A stretch of DNA of 64,000 nucleotides from Dehalococcoidia bacterium (lineage in GTDB: Bacteria > Chloroflexota > Dehalococcoidia > Lucifugimonadales > VXLM01): the NCBI GenBank assembly GCA_965232435.1, contig CBDDPU010000004.1, positions 2,172,423-2,236,422 on the forward strand. Reading direction: 5' to 3'. Each line of letters opens with the position of its first letter. Within the stretch, counting starts at the first letter, position 1. Below, one piece after another: positions 1-8,809 of the stretch. The position numbers and the translations under genes are program-made. A model generated the notes under the pieces. It was given only the letters and a program-made list of their open reading frames with translations, did no database searches and was not told the origin of the DNA.

Positions 1-245
1 GCACCGTACGCGCCCGCCACATCGGCCGGGACATTATGGCAGGCCTCCGCAACATCGTCGGCGGAGAAGTCGGCGAGTACACAAAACTGCTGGCTGAAGC
101 CCGAGAACAGTCGCTCCAGCGCATGATTGAGAACGCCGAAGAGATGGACGCGAACGCCGTCGTCGGATTGAGGTTCATCACCGCAGGCGTCGCCCAAGGC
201 GCGGCCGAGATTGTCGCCTACGGCACCGCTGTCAAGATAACCTAA
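1..245 (+). CDS. YbjQ/UPF0145 family protein, C-terminal part (5' end outside window)
   Basis: Reading frame is open to the window edge. The sequence IVGGEVGEYTKLL..AR..A..RM...A...ANAVVGLRF...AYGTAVKI matches the YbjQ family C-terminal half. Confidence 0.6.
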   Translation, partial: TVRARHIGRDIMAGLRNIVGGEVGEYTKLLAEAREQSLQRMIENAEEMDANAVVGLRFITAGVAQGAAEIVAYGTAVKIT

Positions 246-334
246 CTCCGGCTCCTCATCACCCTTGTTCGTCCCTCCGGCCTTGAAGGCGGAGAGAAAA
301 TGACGCTCTCGTCTAGCGATTCGACTCAGCTCCT

Positions 335-1306
335 TTACGCTCTCTCTTCGCTCGGCTCGACTGCTGTCGTTTTACGACTTCTCCACGATATCCCCTCTCT
401 GGGCAGAAAGACCGCCGCAATAATGGTTGGCGGCGCAAAGAACAGCAGATGAACGATCACAGCGAAGGGAAAGGCTTCGACCTTCGCCACGCCGACGAGA
501 CCGAGCACAAACACGGCTGCGAAGTGAAACGTCCCTATCCCGCTGGGAGCCGGTACCGCAGTAGAGAAGAAGATAGTCCCGATTATCACCAGAGTGGCGG
601 TCAGTGGCGAGATGGGCAGACCGATAGCCTCCGAAGCGATCCACGCCGAAACACCAACCATCAGCCAGTATGCGATGCTGGCGCCAAATGCTCGAAGCAA
701 AAGCCCCCAGTCTTGTGCGAGATCCCTCAAAGCGTTCGAAAACGCGACCAAGAACGTTATTCTGCGAACGAACCAGAGCGACTCTCCCCGCCAGGCCAAT
801 ACTTGAAGGATCGCAATCAGCGCCAAACCAAGCCCTATAGTGCCCAAGACGTACGGAGCAAGCGGCCGCATCTCTGGCACAAACATGAATGCGATGCCGA
901 AAATCATCATGCTGGACAGGAAATCGATGGCCCGCTCCATCCCTATCGCCGCCAAAACCGTGGATGCTCGAAGCCCGTCCTTGATCGTCAAAACTGCTAT
1001 TTGCGTAAGCTCACTCGCCACGCGCAGAGGCATGATGTTGCTGAGCCCCAACCCCTCATGCTGGACGATGAACAGTCGTACAACCGAGGGCCGGGGTTCG
1101 GTGAAAAGCATCCGCCAGCGCAGGGCCCGAAGTATTCCCGATACCATGAACACCGCAAGCGCAAGCCCAAGCAGCAGGGGCGAGACTTTCGCAAGGTGAT
1201 CCACTACGAGACCCCAATCCAGGCCTCGAATAGAAAACCAGCCAAGCCCTAGACCGATCCCGATCCCGAGTGCCAGTCTTCCATATGTGAGCGCTGCGCG
1301 TTTCAA
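335..1306 (-). CDS. Polytopic membrane protein, flippase-like / lysyl-PG synthase TM-region (UPF0104) family
   Basis: 323-aa ORF with about 8 hydrophobic helices. N-terminus GLGLGWF...L...L..V....L..A......LRA.RW is typical of UPF0104. TTG start; N-terminus uncertain. Confidence 0.5.
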   Translation of the reverse strand: MKRAALTYGRLALGIGIGLGLGWFSIRGLDWGLVVDHLAKVSPLLLGLALAVFMVSGILRALRWRMLFTEPRPSVVRLFIVQHEGLGLSNIMPLRVASELTQIAVLTIKDGLRASTVLAAIGMERAIDFLSSMMIFGIAFMFVPEMRPLAPYVLGTIGLGLALIAILQVLAWRGESLWFVRRITFLVAFSNALRDLAQDWGLLLRAFGASIAYWLMVGVSAWIASEAIGLPISPLTATLVIIGTIFFSTAVPAPSGIGTFHFAAVFVLGLVGVAKVEAFPFAVIVHLLFFAPPTIIAAVFLPREGISWRSRKTTAVEPSEERA

Positions 1307-1427
1307 GTACGATAGATTGTGACTGTACGCAAAACTACAAGATAATGGCGAACAGAATCATTTTGGCCTATGCCTGCTGCCGCATGAGTTATCTGCGCCA
1401 CTGCCGAAGATAATAGCACGCCAACAC

Positions 1428-2231
1428 ATGCAACCGCTTATCGATACCCATTGCCACCTCGACGCCTATGCCTCCAATGGTGAAATCGGCGAAATTCTAA
1501 CTCGCGCCCGCTCGGTCGGTGTGAGGCTGATCGTAAACGCCGGCACGACCGTCGAGTCCTCCCGGCGATGTGTGCAATTGACCCACGCATTCCCAGAACT
1601 CTATGCAGGCGTCGGAATCCACCCAATGGACCTCACGGGGCCGGTGGATGAGCGCGTGTATGATCAACTGCGTCAATATGCCGCAGCATCCCACAAAGTC
1701 ATTGTGATGAGCGAGATCGGGCTCGACTTCCTTGATAACATGCCCGACCGCGCTATGCAGTACCAAGCCTTTCGACAGCAGATCAGACTTGCGCGAGAGC
1801 TTAAATTGCCAATTGTCTTCCACAGCCGAGAAGCTCATCAAGAGGTGCTCCGCGTCCTCCGCGAGGAAAAGGCTTACGAGGTTGGCGGAGCAATGCACTA
1901 TTTTCAGGGCGATATGCATACCGCCAGAGCGGCCATAGACCTGGGCTTCCACATCTCGCTGGCAAAACCACTGCTCCGCATACAGCGCCTTCAGGCCATC
2001 GCCGCCGTTCTCCCTCTCGAACATATCGTCTTGGAAACCGACTCCGCCCCCCAGCCATTCAAACCCAGACGCGATAAGTGGACTGAGCCGCGTCACCTGC
2101 AGGACATTGCCCACAAGCTGGCCGAGCTACGCGGAATCGAAGTCGATCAGGTACGACAGACCACTACGGAAAACTTCATCAACATGCTCGGTGCCCGCGG
2201 CGCTCAGGTACGTGAGGCCCTCAGCGGATAA
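1428..2231 (+). CDS. TatD family metal-dependent hydrolase
   Basis: N-terminal IDTHCHLD motif, GIHP, EIGLD, VFHSREA, ETDSP: the TatD signature blocks in order. Confidence 0.85.
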   Translation: MQPLIDTHCHLDAYASNGEIGEILTRARSVGVRLIVNAGTTVESSRRCVQLTHAFPELYAGVGIHPMDLTGPVDERVYDQLRQYAAASHKVIVMSEIGLDFLDNMPDRAMQYQAFRQQIRLARELKLPIVFHSREAHQEVLRVLREEKAYEVGGAMHYFQGDMHTARAAIDLGFHISLAKPLLRIQRLQAIAAVLPLEHIVLETDSAPQPFKPRRDKWTEPRHLQDIAHKLAELRGIEVDQVRQTTTENFINMLGARGAQVREALSG

Positions 2232-2397
2232 CTCATCCCTCCTCTCCGACGGGACCAACTATGGACGAAACAACGCTGCGCTCAGCTTGCTGTATTCCCG
2301 TTCCCATTTTCCCTAGGACAAACTTTGCAAGTAACGAAGGGCTATGCAGCAAAATTCTCCCGATGTGCGGAGCTGATATGCGGTCTTCACCGCCATC

Positions 2398-2976
2398 CTA
2401 CATCGCAGGAGCAGCCCCTGCCGTATCAAAGAACATCGGCAAGAAAATCGCCGGCAACAGCTGCATACCTACGACCCAGCCCAGGGAACAGTCCATTATT
2501 GCGCCGATCCAGTCCGACTGCCGGATCTCCTGAAGAGCAATAATCCCCGCAACGAGCATCCATATCGTTACGGCGTTGAAGACCAGTCCCTCAACCGGTG
2601 TGACTGCCGTTAAGAAGAGCAGGAGTCCCGGTCCATAGCAAACTCCCAGCACACGAAGCACTTCCCTGAAGGTCGCCTGGCCGCGCTGAAATACTCTGCC
2701 CACTCCATACGCGATCCCTGCCCATATGAGCCACCCGAGCATGAACGTTACCGACGAAAACCACGCGCCCAGTAGCCGATCGCCGATCCTGCCTGTCTCC
2801 AACCCCTGATCCACCGATTCGCCAATCGCGCTCGACTGGCCCACTGCATACGCGATCCCCGCCAGAATCACAATCCCCAGCGCATTCAGGACGGCCTCTT
2901 GGTTCCGTCGCACGTCACGATACGTCGCGCGATCAAATCGCGCGGCCAGGAAGGCCCTTCGCAACATCCCCCGCAT
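2398..2976 (-). CDS. Yip1 family membrane protein
   Basis: 192 aa. Cytosolic N-terminus followed by 5 TM helices; pattern F......Y.......EA..NALGIV typical of the Yip1 domain. Confidence 0.5.
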   Translation of the reverse strand: MRGMLRRAFLAARFDRATYRDVRRNQEAVLNALGIVILAGIAYAVGQSSAIGESVDQGLETGRIGDRLLGAWFSSVTFMLGWLIWAGIAYGVGRVFQRGQATFREVLRVLGVCYGPGLLLFLTAVTPVEGLVFNAVTIWMLVAGIIALQEIRQSDWIGAIMDCSLGWVVGMQLLPAIFLPMFFDTAGAAPAM

Positions 2977-3164
2977 GTCTTCCCGTTCACCTCGCTATTC
3001 CAAAGGCTTGAGGGATAGTATCCAAACCAACCTACTGCGTAAAGTTCTTGAGTTCAACGCTCACTGAAACCATCCCAACGCCCGTCATGCGATATACACA
3101 TCCACGGCTAGTCTGGTATACTATAGCTTCAAACCACCACGATATTTGAGTCGGAGGCCCTTCT

Positions 3165-3470
3165 TTGGCCAAGCAATCGGTATTCGCGAAAAACGCAAAG
3201 CGCAAGAAAAGCGTCGCAAAATACGCTGAAAAGCGGAAGCGTCTATTGGAGATCGCCAAGGATCCCAAGGCCTCATACGAGGAACAATTGGCCGCCCGTC
3301 ACGAACTCGCCAAGCTCCCCGTCAACGCGAATCCGAACCGTATTCGCAACCGTTGCGAAGTTACCGGCCGCCCCCGAGGCTACCTCCGACACTTCGGACT
3401 TTCCCGCATCACCTTCCGGGAAATGGCCCACAAAGGAATGCTCCCCGGAGTCCGCAAGGCAAGCTGGTAA
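3165..3470 (+). CDS. rpsN: 30S ribosomal protein S14 (long, Cys-poor form)
   Basis: MAKQS...[41 protein letters not shown] is a near-canonical S14 C-terminus. TTG start with GGAGG 8 nt upstream. Confidence 0.92.
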   Translation: MAKQSVFAKNAKRKKSVAKYAEKRKRLLEIAKDPKASYEEQLAARHELAKLPVNANPNRIRNRCEVTGRPRGYLRHFGLSRITFREMAHKGMLPGVRKASW

Positions 3471-3546
3471 CCCCTCCTGCGCATCCGAACTTTCTTTACT
3501 TCTTTAGGCTGATAGCTGGTCTATCCTCAACTTCAGTATAGAGGCT

Positions 3547-5382
3547 TCAGCGCGTCTGAAGAGGGAGCACAATGTGTGAAGGGCGTTCAGTGCTGTGAAA
3601 CAGCGTCTGATGCGCGATTTCGTACCGTCGCTCCAACCCTAGAGGACCGCCGGTATTGGGATTCACATCGAAGCGCGGCCAGTTGCTGCTGCTGATATCC
3701 AATCGAATGCGGTGCCCCTTGCGAAACACATTCGAGGTCGGATAGAGATGGAAAACAAACTCATACGGCGTGCCCGGCTTCATCAACTCCGGCTCGGTCC
3801 ACCCGTTGCGATACCGCGCGCGAATAATCGAGTCCGTGATGTTCATCGCGAAGCCGTCGGGGTAGTCGTCCGACGGAGGATGAACATCGACGAGCTTCGC
3901 AGTGAAATCGGTATCAAGCGCCGAAGACGACGCCCACAGGTGCATCACGATGTGCCCCGTAACCTCGAGGTCCTCTTCAAGTTCCGCCGTCTGGAACGTG
4001 AGGATGTCGTGGCGCGTATTCAACGGCAGCTCGTTCACGCATCCAATGAAATCCGCCCTCCCCCGCTGGTCGAACGCTCCGGGCCTAATGATCGAGTCCG
4101 CCGCTGATATCCCACCACCCATCGTCGGCACTGGATCCATGGGGTCGAATGTGTAACCGGTCGATGCCGTCACTTCTTCCGACGGCTCTTCGAGGGAAAG
4201 CGATCCGTCCGAGTGCAAGTAAAACCGAGTATCCACGGTGCCAGGAACCGGCCAGTCCGGCTCACTCCTCCAATACCCCCCGTGGTCAAGCCGACGATCA
4301 TAATCATGCTTGTTCATTCCCTGGCTCCCCGTCCCCATCGTGAAAATACGAACCGGAGACCACTCCGCGAACTCGGTGTGCATCCCTTTCATGTAGTGGT
4401 CGAACCACGCCAGCCGCAAATCGTTCGTGTTGATCTGCGAGTCGAGGCCGAAGTCAACGTCGCCCGAGTAAGTCAACTCATACATGCCGTGTGTCCACGG
4501 CCCCATGAGAAGGACTTGCTGCGATTTCTTAATCGCTGAGAGCTTCATGTAACTCATCGGCGTGTTTCGAGCATAAGAGTCGTACCACCCTCCGAGGTAG
4601 AGCGTCGGCACGTCCGAATGCTCGTCGAAATACTCGTCCATGGCGTAGCCGCGCTGCTTCCAGTAGTCGTCGAATTCCCCATGAGTCAATATATCGATAG
4701 CCCACTGCTCGTACGAGGGCAGCCTGCGGAGCACGGTCGCCCCCTTCTTGAGCGGAAACTGACGCACAATGTCCGGCATGTCTTCCAGAAACGCCTTCAT
4801 GATCTCCGCCTGAAGCCCCGGATCGGCCATGGCCTCCTTGCTGGTCATCGCCATCCGAAAGACATAGACGTGGAACCGCTGCTCAAGAGCGCCGTTTTGA
4901 CGCATCGAACCGTGATAATAGTTCGCCGCGCCCACCGCTACCGTCATGGTTGATAGGTGTGACGGAGCCATGGTCGCGAGGGCGCTCTGGTCACTGCCGG
5001 AGTACGACCCACCCATCGTCCCAACCTTGCCGTTGCTCCATTCTTGGACACCGAGCCACTCCACCGTGTCATACCCATCTGGCGCCTCCTTGGCGAAGGC
5101 GTACCACTCACCTTCCGACTCGAACCTGCCCCGAACGTCTTGGATGACGGTGACATACCCCCGCCGAGCGAAATACCGGGCGTTGGCGACCTGCCGAGGC
5201 GCCGCCTTGTCATACGGCGTCCTTTCAAGAATTATCGGAAACTCGCCATCGACTCGATTCCCATTCGCTGACGGAAAGTAGATATCCGACGCAAGCCGCA
5301 CTCCGTCCCGCATCGGCGTCATCACATTCTTCAGGCACACCACGTCATAGGCAATCGTCGATCCTTCGTAGGGTACACTCAC
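3547..5382 (-). CDS. CocE/NonD family hydrolase (S15 X-Pro dipeptidyl-peptidase-like)
   Basis: 611 aa. RTPY, GYV.V.QDVRG...SEG, GxSYxG nucleophile elbow (GGSYSG) and a C-terminal beta-sandwich ending in NWPRFD.NPNTG. Confidence 0.8.
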   Translation of the reverse strand: MSVPYEGSTIAYDVVCLKNVMTPMRDGVRLASDIYFPSANGNRVDGEFPIILERTPYDKAAPRQVANARYFARRGYVTVIQDVRGRFESEGEWYAFAKEAPDGYDTVEWLGVQEWSNGKVGTMGGSYSGSDQSALATMAPSHLSTMTVAVGAANYYHGSMRQNGALEQRFHVYVFRMAMTSKEAMADPGLQAEIMKAFLEDMPDIVRQFPLKKGATVLRRLPSYEQWAIDILTHGEFDDYWKQRGYAMDEYFDEHSDVPTLYLGGWYDSYARNTPMSYMKLSAIKKSQQVLLMGPWTHGMYELTYSGDVDFGLDSQINTNDLRLAWFDHYMKGMHTEFAEWSPVRIFTMGTGSQGMNKHDYDRRLDHGGYWRSEPDWPVPGTVDTRFYLHSDGSLSLEEPSEEVTASTGYTFDPMDPVPTMGGGISAADSIIRPGAFDQRGRADFIGCVNELPLNTRHDILTFQTAELEEDLEVTGHIVMHLWASSSALDTDFTAKLVDVHPPSDDYPDGFAMNITDSIIRARYRNGWTEPELMKPGTPYEFVFHLYPTSNVFRKGHRIRLDISSSNWPRFDVNPNTGGPLGLERRYEIAHQTLFHSTERPSHIVLPLQTR

Positions 5383-5410
5383 TTCACTGCTCTCCTGGGG
5401 GAAGGCTTAC

Positions 5411-5429
5411 CGTTCCCGAACCGGGAACG
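5411..5429. promoter_or_regulatory. Perfect palindrome CGTTCCCG-AAC-CGGGAACG in a divergent promoter region
   Basis: 8-bp arms and a 3-nt centre, located between the CocE/NonD start (5382, -) and the Gfo/Idh/MocA start (5528, +). Confidence 0.3.
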
Positions 5430-5527
5430 AGTTCATAGACGGCCCGGATTATAGGCGAACTATCGACTGTCCGACAAGACAAACGTATCATTACGGCCCA
5501 CTCCATGCATCGGAGCGATAAACAAAC

Positions 5528-6577
5528 ATGCACCCTGTGAAGCTGGCAGTCGTCGGCCTGGGATTGATGGGCGCACGTCACGTCGAGATCATACGGTCTT
5601 TCGGCGGCTGCGACCTCGTTGGCATCTGCGACCTCAACGAAAACCTTCGCTCGCTCGCTGACCGTCATAATATCCCCTTCTTCCAAGATATAAGCAAAAT
5701 GCTTGACTGCGTAAAGCCGGATGGAGCCATCATCGCTGTGCAAAGCGCCGCCCACGTCGAGACCTTCGAATCGTGCGCTCTACGCAATGTGCACGCCCTC
5801 ATCGAAAAGCCCGTCGCTGATACGACCGAAGCCGCCCTGCGAATCGTCGAACTGGCCGACGCTACGAATACCAAGGTCCTCGTTGGACATCACCGGCGAC
5901 ACAATCCGCTGGTCGAGGCGACTCACGGCGTTGTCACGGGCGGAGAGATCGGCGAACTGCTGGCAGTCTCCATGATGTGGATGCTCATGAAGCCGGACGA
6001 CTACTTCAACATACCATGGAGGAGCATCAGGCCGGACGGCGGCCCCGTCCTCATCAACCTCGTTCACGAGTTGGACATTCTCCGATACATTTGCGGAGAG
6101 ATTGAGCAAGTCTTCGCGCAGGGACGCTCGAACGCGCGCAAGCTCGAAGTCGAGGACTCCGTAAGCATCTCGCTTACCCTACACAACGGCGCGGTTGCTA
6201 CAATCATAGCCAGCGACGCGGTAGCGGCCCCGTGGTCGTACGAAGCCACCACCGCCGAAAATCCGCTGTACTTCAACGTTGCTGAAAACTGTTACTACTT
6301 CACAGGGACCAACGGCGGGTTTGCTTTTCCACAAATGGAGCTTTGGAAATACGGGAGCCGCAATCGGCGGGGCTGGCAGCACCCCATCGAAAAGTCCATA
6401 GTTTCCGTCTCCCGGGCCGACTCGCTGACGCTGCAATTGGCTCATTTCTGCGAAGTGGTTCGTGGTAATCAGCCGCCTCTTGTAAATGCCCTCGACGGCG
6501 CCCGTTCCCTCTCCGCCGCCCTTGCAGTCCTGCAGTCGATATCCACGAACACGCCTATACGACCGCACATCGATTGA
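5528..6577 (+). CDS. Gfo/Idh/MocA family oxidoreductase
   Basis: N-terminal Rossmann motif VGLGLMGARH, EKP motif (IEKPVA) and a C-terminal alpha/beta domain. Confidence 0.8.
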   Translation: MHPVKLAVVGLGLMGARHVEIIRSFGGCDLVGICDLNENLRSLADRHNIPFFQDISKMLDCVKPDGAIIAVQSAAHVETFESCALRNVHALIEKPVADTTEAALRIVELADATNTKVLVGHHRRHNPLVEATHGVVTGGEIGELLAVSMMWMLMKPDDYFNIPWRSIRPDGGPVLINLVHELDILRYICGEIEQVFAQGRSNARKLEVEDSVSISLTLHNGAVATIIASDAVAAPWSYEATTAENPLYFNVAENCYYFTGTNGGFAFPQMELWKYGSRNRRGWQHPIEKSIVSVSRADSLTLQLAHFCEVVRGNQPPLVNALDGARSLSAALAVLQSISTNTPIRPHID

Positions 6578-6600
6578 GGATCGCGAAACGCAGTCTGGGG

Positions 6601-7794
6601 TCAGTCGCCTTTGACGTTGATGATCTGGCGGAAGGTGTGGACAATCTCAACGAGGTCCTTCGACTGCTCCATCACGGCGTCGATGTCCTTGTAAGCCCCA
6701 GGTAGCTCGTCGATGAATTCCTCGGAGCGGCGCACTTCGATCCCATGCATATCCCGATCGAAGTCGTCCATCGTGAAGCGGCGACGCGCCTCACCGCGCG
6801 AGAAGCGCCGCCCCGCCCCATGCGGGGCCGTCTCGAACGCATGGTCGCTGCCCAAACCTCGAACGACATAGCTCGCCGTGCCCATCGAACCCGGAATAAG
6901 CCCCATCTGCCCTTCCTTTGCCTGAATGGCGCCCTTCCTCGACACCCACACATCCTTCCCGTAGTGGCGCTCCTTCTGGGTAAAGTTATGATGACACTGG
7001 ATGCGCTCCAACTCGAGCTCGTCCTCGTGCCCGCCTTCCCCGTACATCGTGTAGCTGAGTTCGGTCATCACCCGGTCCATCATTTCTTCGCGATTCAGGA
7101 GTGCGAATTCCTGCGCCCAGTGCAGGTCGCGGATGTAGTCGTCGAACTCTTCCGTCCCCTCGGTCAGATACGCCAAGTCCCGATCTGGCAAACGCACCGA
7201 ATTCTGCTTTATCAACCTCTGGGCAGCCTTGATGTGCTGCGTAGCGATCCTGTTGCCGATACCCCGCGAGCCGGAGTGAAGGAACGACCAAACGCTCCCC
7301 GACTCGTCAACCGTGATCTCGATGAAGTGGTTGCCCGAACCGAGCGAGCCAAGCTGACGCCTCCAGTCTACCCTCCGAGAGAGTTTCCTATAGACGCGCA
7401 GCCGGTCCCCGGCCTTCTCCTCTAGTGCGGCGACACGAGGCTCCGCCGTTGCCGACAACCGACGGTCGTACTTGCCCGCGCTGAGCGGAATGCGCCGCTC
7501 GATACCCTCACGAATGCCGCCGAGATCAGCAGGAAGGTCGCCGCGAGTCAGCGGCGTTCGCACGGCCACCATGCCGCAGCCGATGTCTACGCCTACCGCC
7601 GCCGGGATTATGGCCCCGTCAGTCGGAATGCACGACCCCACCGTGGCTCCCATCCCGACATGGCAATCGGGCATTATCGCCACGTGCTTGTAGATGAACG
7701 GCATTGAGGCCAGCTTCACGATCTGCTGCATAGCCGCTGGCTCGATCTGCTCCGGCGGGAGCCAAGATATGGCAGTCTCATTGATCCGATACAT
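6601..7794 (-). CDS. rtcB: RNA 3'-phosphate/5'-OH ligase RtcB
   Basis: Motifs MPDCHVG, VGVDIGCGM, GSGNHF, HSGSRG and QCHHNF are all RtcB signatures. Start trimmed to the ATG at 7794, which has GGAGGG 8 nt upstream. Confidence 0.92.
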   Translation of the reverse strand: MYRINETAISWLPPEQIEPAAMQQIVKLASMPFIYKHVAIMPDCHVGMGATVGSCIPTDGAIIPAAVGVDIGCGMVAVRTPLTRGDLPADLGGIREGIERRIPLSAGKYDRRLSATAEPRVAALEEKAGDRLRVYRKLSRRVDWRRQLGSLGSGNHFIEITVDESGSVWSFLHSGSRGIGNRIATQHIKAAQRLIKQNSVRLPDRDLAYLTEGTEEFDDYIRDLHWAQEFALLNREEMMDRVMTELSYTMYGEGGHEDELELERIQCHHNFTQKERHYGKDVWVSRKGAIQAKEGQMGLIPGSMGTASYVVRGLGSDHAFETAPHGAGRRFSRGEARRRFTMDDFDRDMHGIEVRRSEEFIDELPGAYKDIDAVMEQSKDLVEIVHTFRQIINVKGD

Positions 7795-7836
7795 GGTTCT
7801 TTCCCTCCGAGAAGATTTACTCATTGCAATTTGGCC

Positions 7837-7873
7837 AACAAACAAAAAAGACCCTGAGCTCTCGCCAGGGTCT
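7837..7873 (-). terminator. Rho-independent terminator-like hairpin on the minus strand, 43 nt upstream of the rtcB ATG
   Basis: The minus strand reads AGACCCTG-GCGAGAGCT-CAGGGTCT followed by TTTTTGTTTGTT. The stem is 8 bp and GC-rich. Confidence 0.55.
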
Positions 7874-8053
7874 CACCTCAAGACTATATGTCCGAGCGAT
7901 CAGTCCCCGACGGGGCCTACACGTCCTCCAAAGACACGCGCAGCCGCGGGCCTTGTTTGTGTATGTAGTTGGCTGTTGATGAAAAGCACGATCATTCCGT
8001 CTTGAACTAAGGCAATCGGCCAAATTCGGCTAGTTGGTAGGCGCTGCCTTTCC

Positions 8054-8082
8054 AAATTACGACGTCGGCGCTAGAAGGTCAA
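8054..8082 (-). promoter_or_regulatory. Candidate sigma70-type promoter (TTGACC-17 nt-TAATTT) inside the hicB-rtcB gap
   Basis: Hexamers read on the minus strand with a 17-nt spacer. A transcript from here would reach the 7837-7873 terminator after about 200 nt. Confidence 0.3.
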
Positions 8083-8167
8083 CATTTTCTTCCGGGCGAA
8101 GCGCGCGGTTCACCCACGACATCCGAGAGTCCCGCTCTTTCACGTCAAGGTCACCCATTTCGCGTAG

Positions 8168-8407
8168 TTAGCCCACGCCCTGCAACATGTTCACGTAGCC
8201 TCTACCTGCCGTGGGAGCGGGCAGAGGCTTACCGTCCCGCCGATACAACGCGATCGCCTCATCGACGATCACGCACAGCTCATCGAACACTTTTTTTTCA
8301 TCAGAGCCGTGACATCCGCCGTAGATCAGTCCTGGGGCGCTTCCTACATAGCACTGATCCTCGTCTGACCACTCGACCACCTTCACATACCTCGCACTGT
8401 CCTTCAT
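8168..8407 (-). CDS. hicB: HicB family antitoxin
   Basis: 79 aa. The pattern Y.V.....DE..Y.G..PGL.G.....D......L.....EAI is HicB/UPF0150-like. There is a 4-nt overlap with the upstream hicA. Confidence 0.75.
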   Translation of the reverse strand: MKDSARYVKVVEWSDEDQCYVGSAPGLIYGGCHGSDEKKVFDELCVIVDEAIALYRRDGKPLPAPTAGRGYVNMLQGVG

Positions 8408-8601
8408 CGCATCGACTCCTCAACCGCTATTCGCACAGCCCGAACCTGATAAGACTTTGCGTCATCGCCTAGAGCGCCCGATATCGTAATTGGTTTGATC
8501 ACATTTGGATGGACGAAATTTCGGTGACTGCCTCGCCCACCTCGATCTGCGAATCCCGCCTGTTCCAGTTCAGCAACCAACTCTCGTATCTTGGGTGGCA
8601 C
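8404..8601 (-). CDS. hicA: HicA mRNA-interferase toxin
   Basis: 65 aa. K.REL...LE.AGF......GSH..F.HP is the HicA/YcfA signature with the catalytic His context. GTG start. Confidence 0.8.
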   Translation of the reverse strand: MPPKIRELVAELEQAGFADRGGRGSHRNFVHPNVIKPITISGALGDDAKSYQVRAVRIAVEESMR

Positions 8602-8809
8602 ATGTAGGTTCTTCCCGATCTGCTGCGCACCAGAAAACTTTTGTGGCGACTTAATTATACGTTCAACGGATGCCCTTTAGTTTATTAGGAATTGGGCATC
8701 TCTCCGGTCACCGTGTGCTGATTCCTACCACGTCAGAGGAGTGTCGGTATTGGCCAAGCCGATACTCTGAGACACTAGAACAGTCTTTGCTGCAATGGGG
8801 ATGTAATGC

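Noticed and set aside
8021-8075. tRNA-like D-arm string GGCTAGTTGGTAGGCG on the plus strand in the hicB-rtcB gap
   Set aside because: I could not build a cloverleaf. The D-stem pairs poorly, and there is no anticodon arm, T-arm (GTTCNANNC with a stem) or acceptor pairing.
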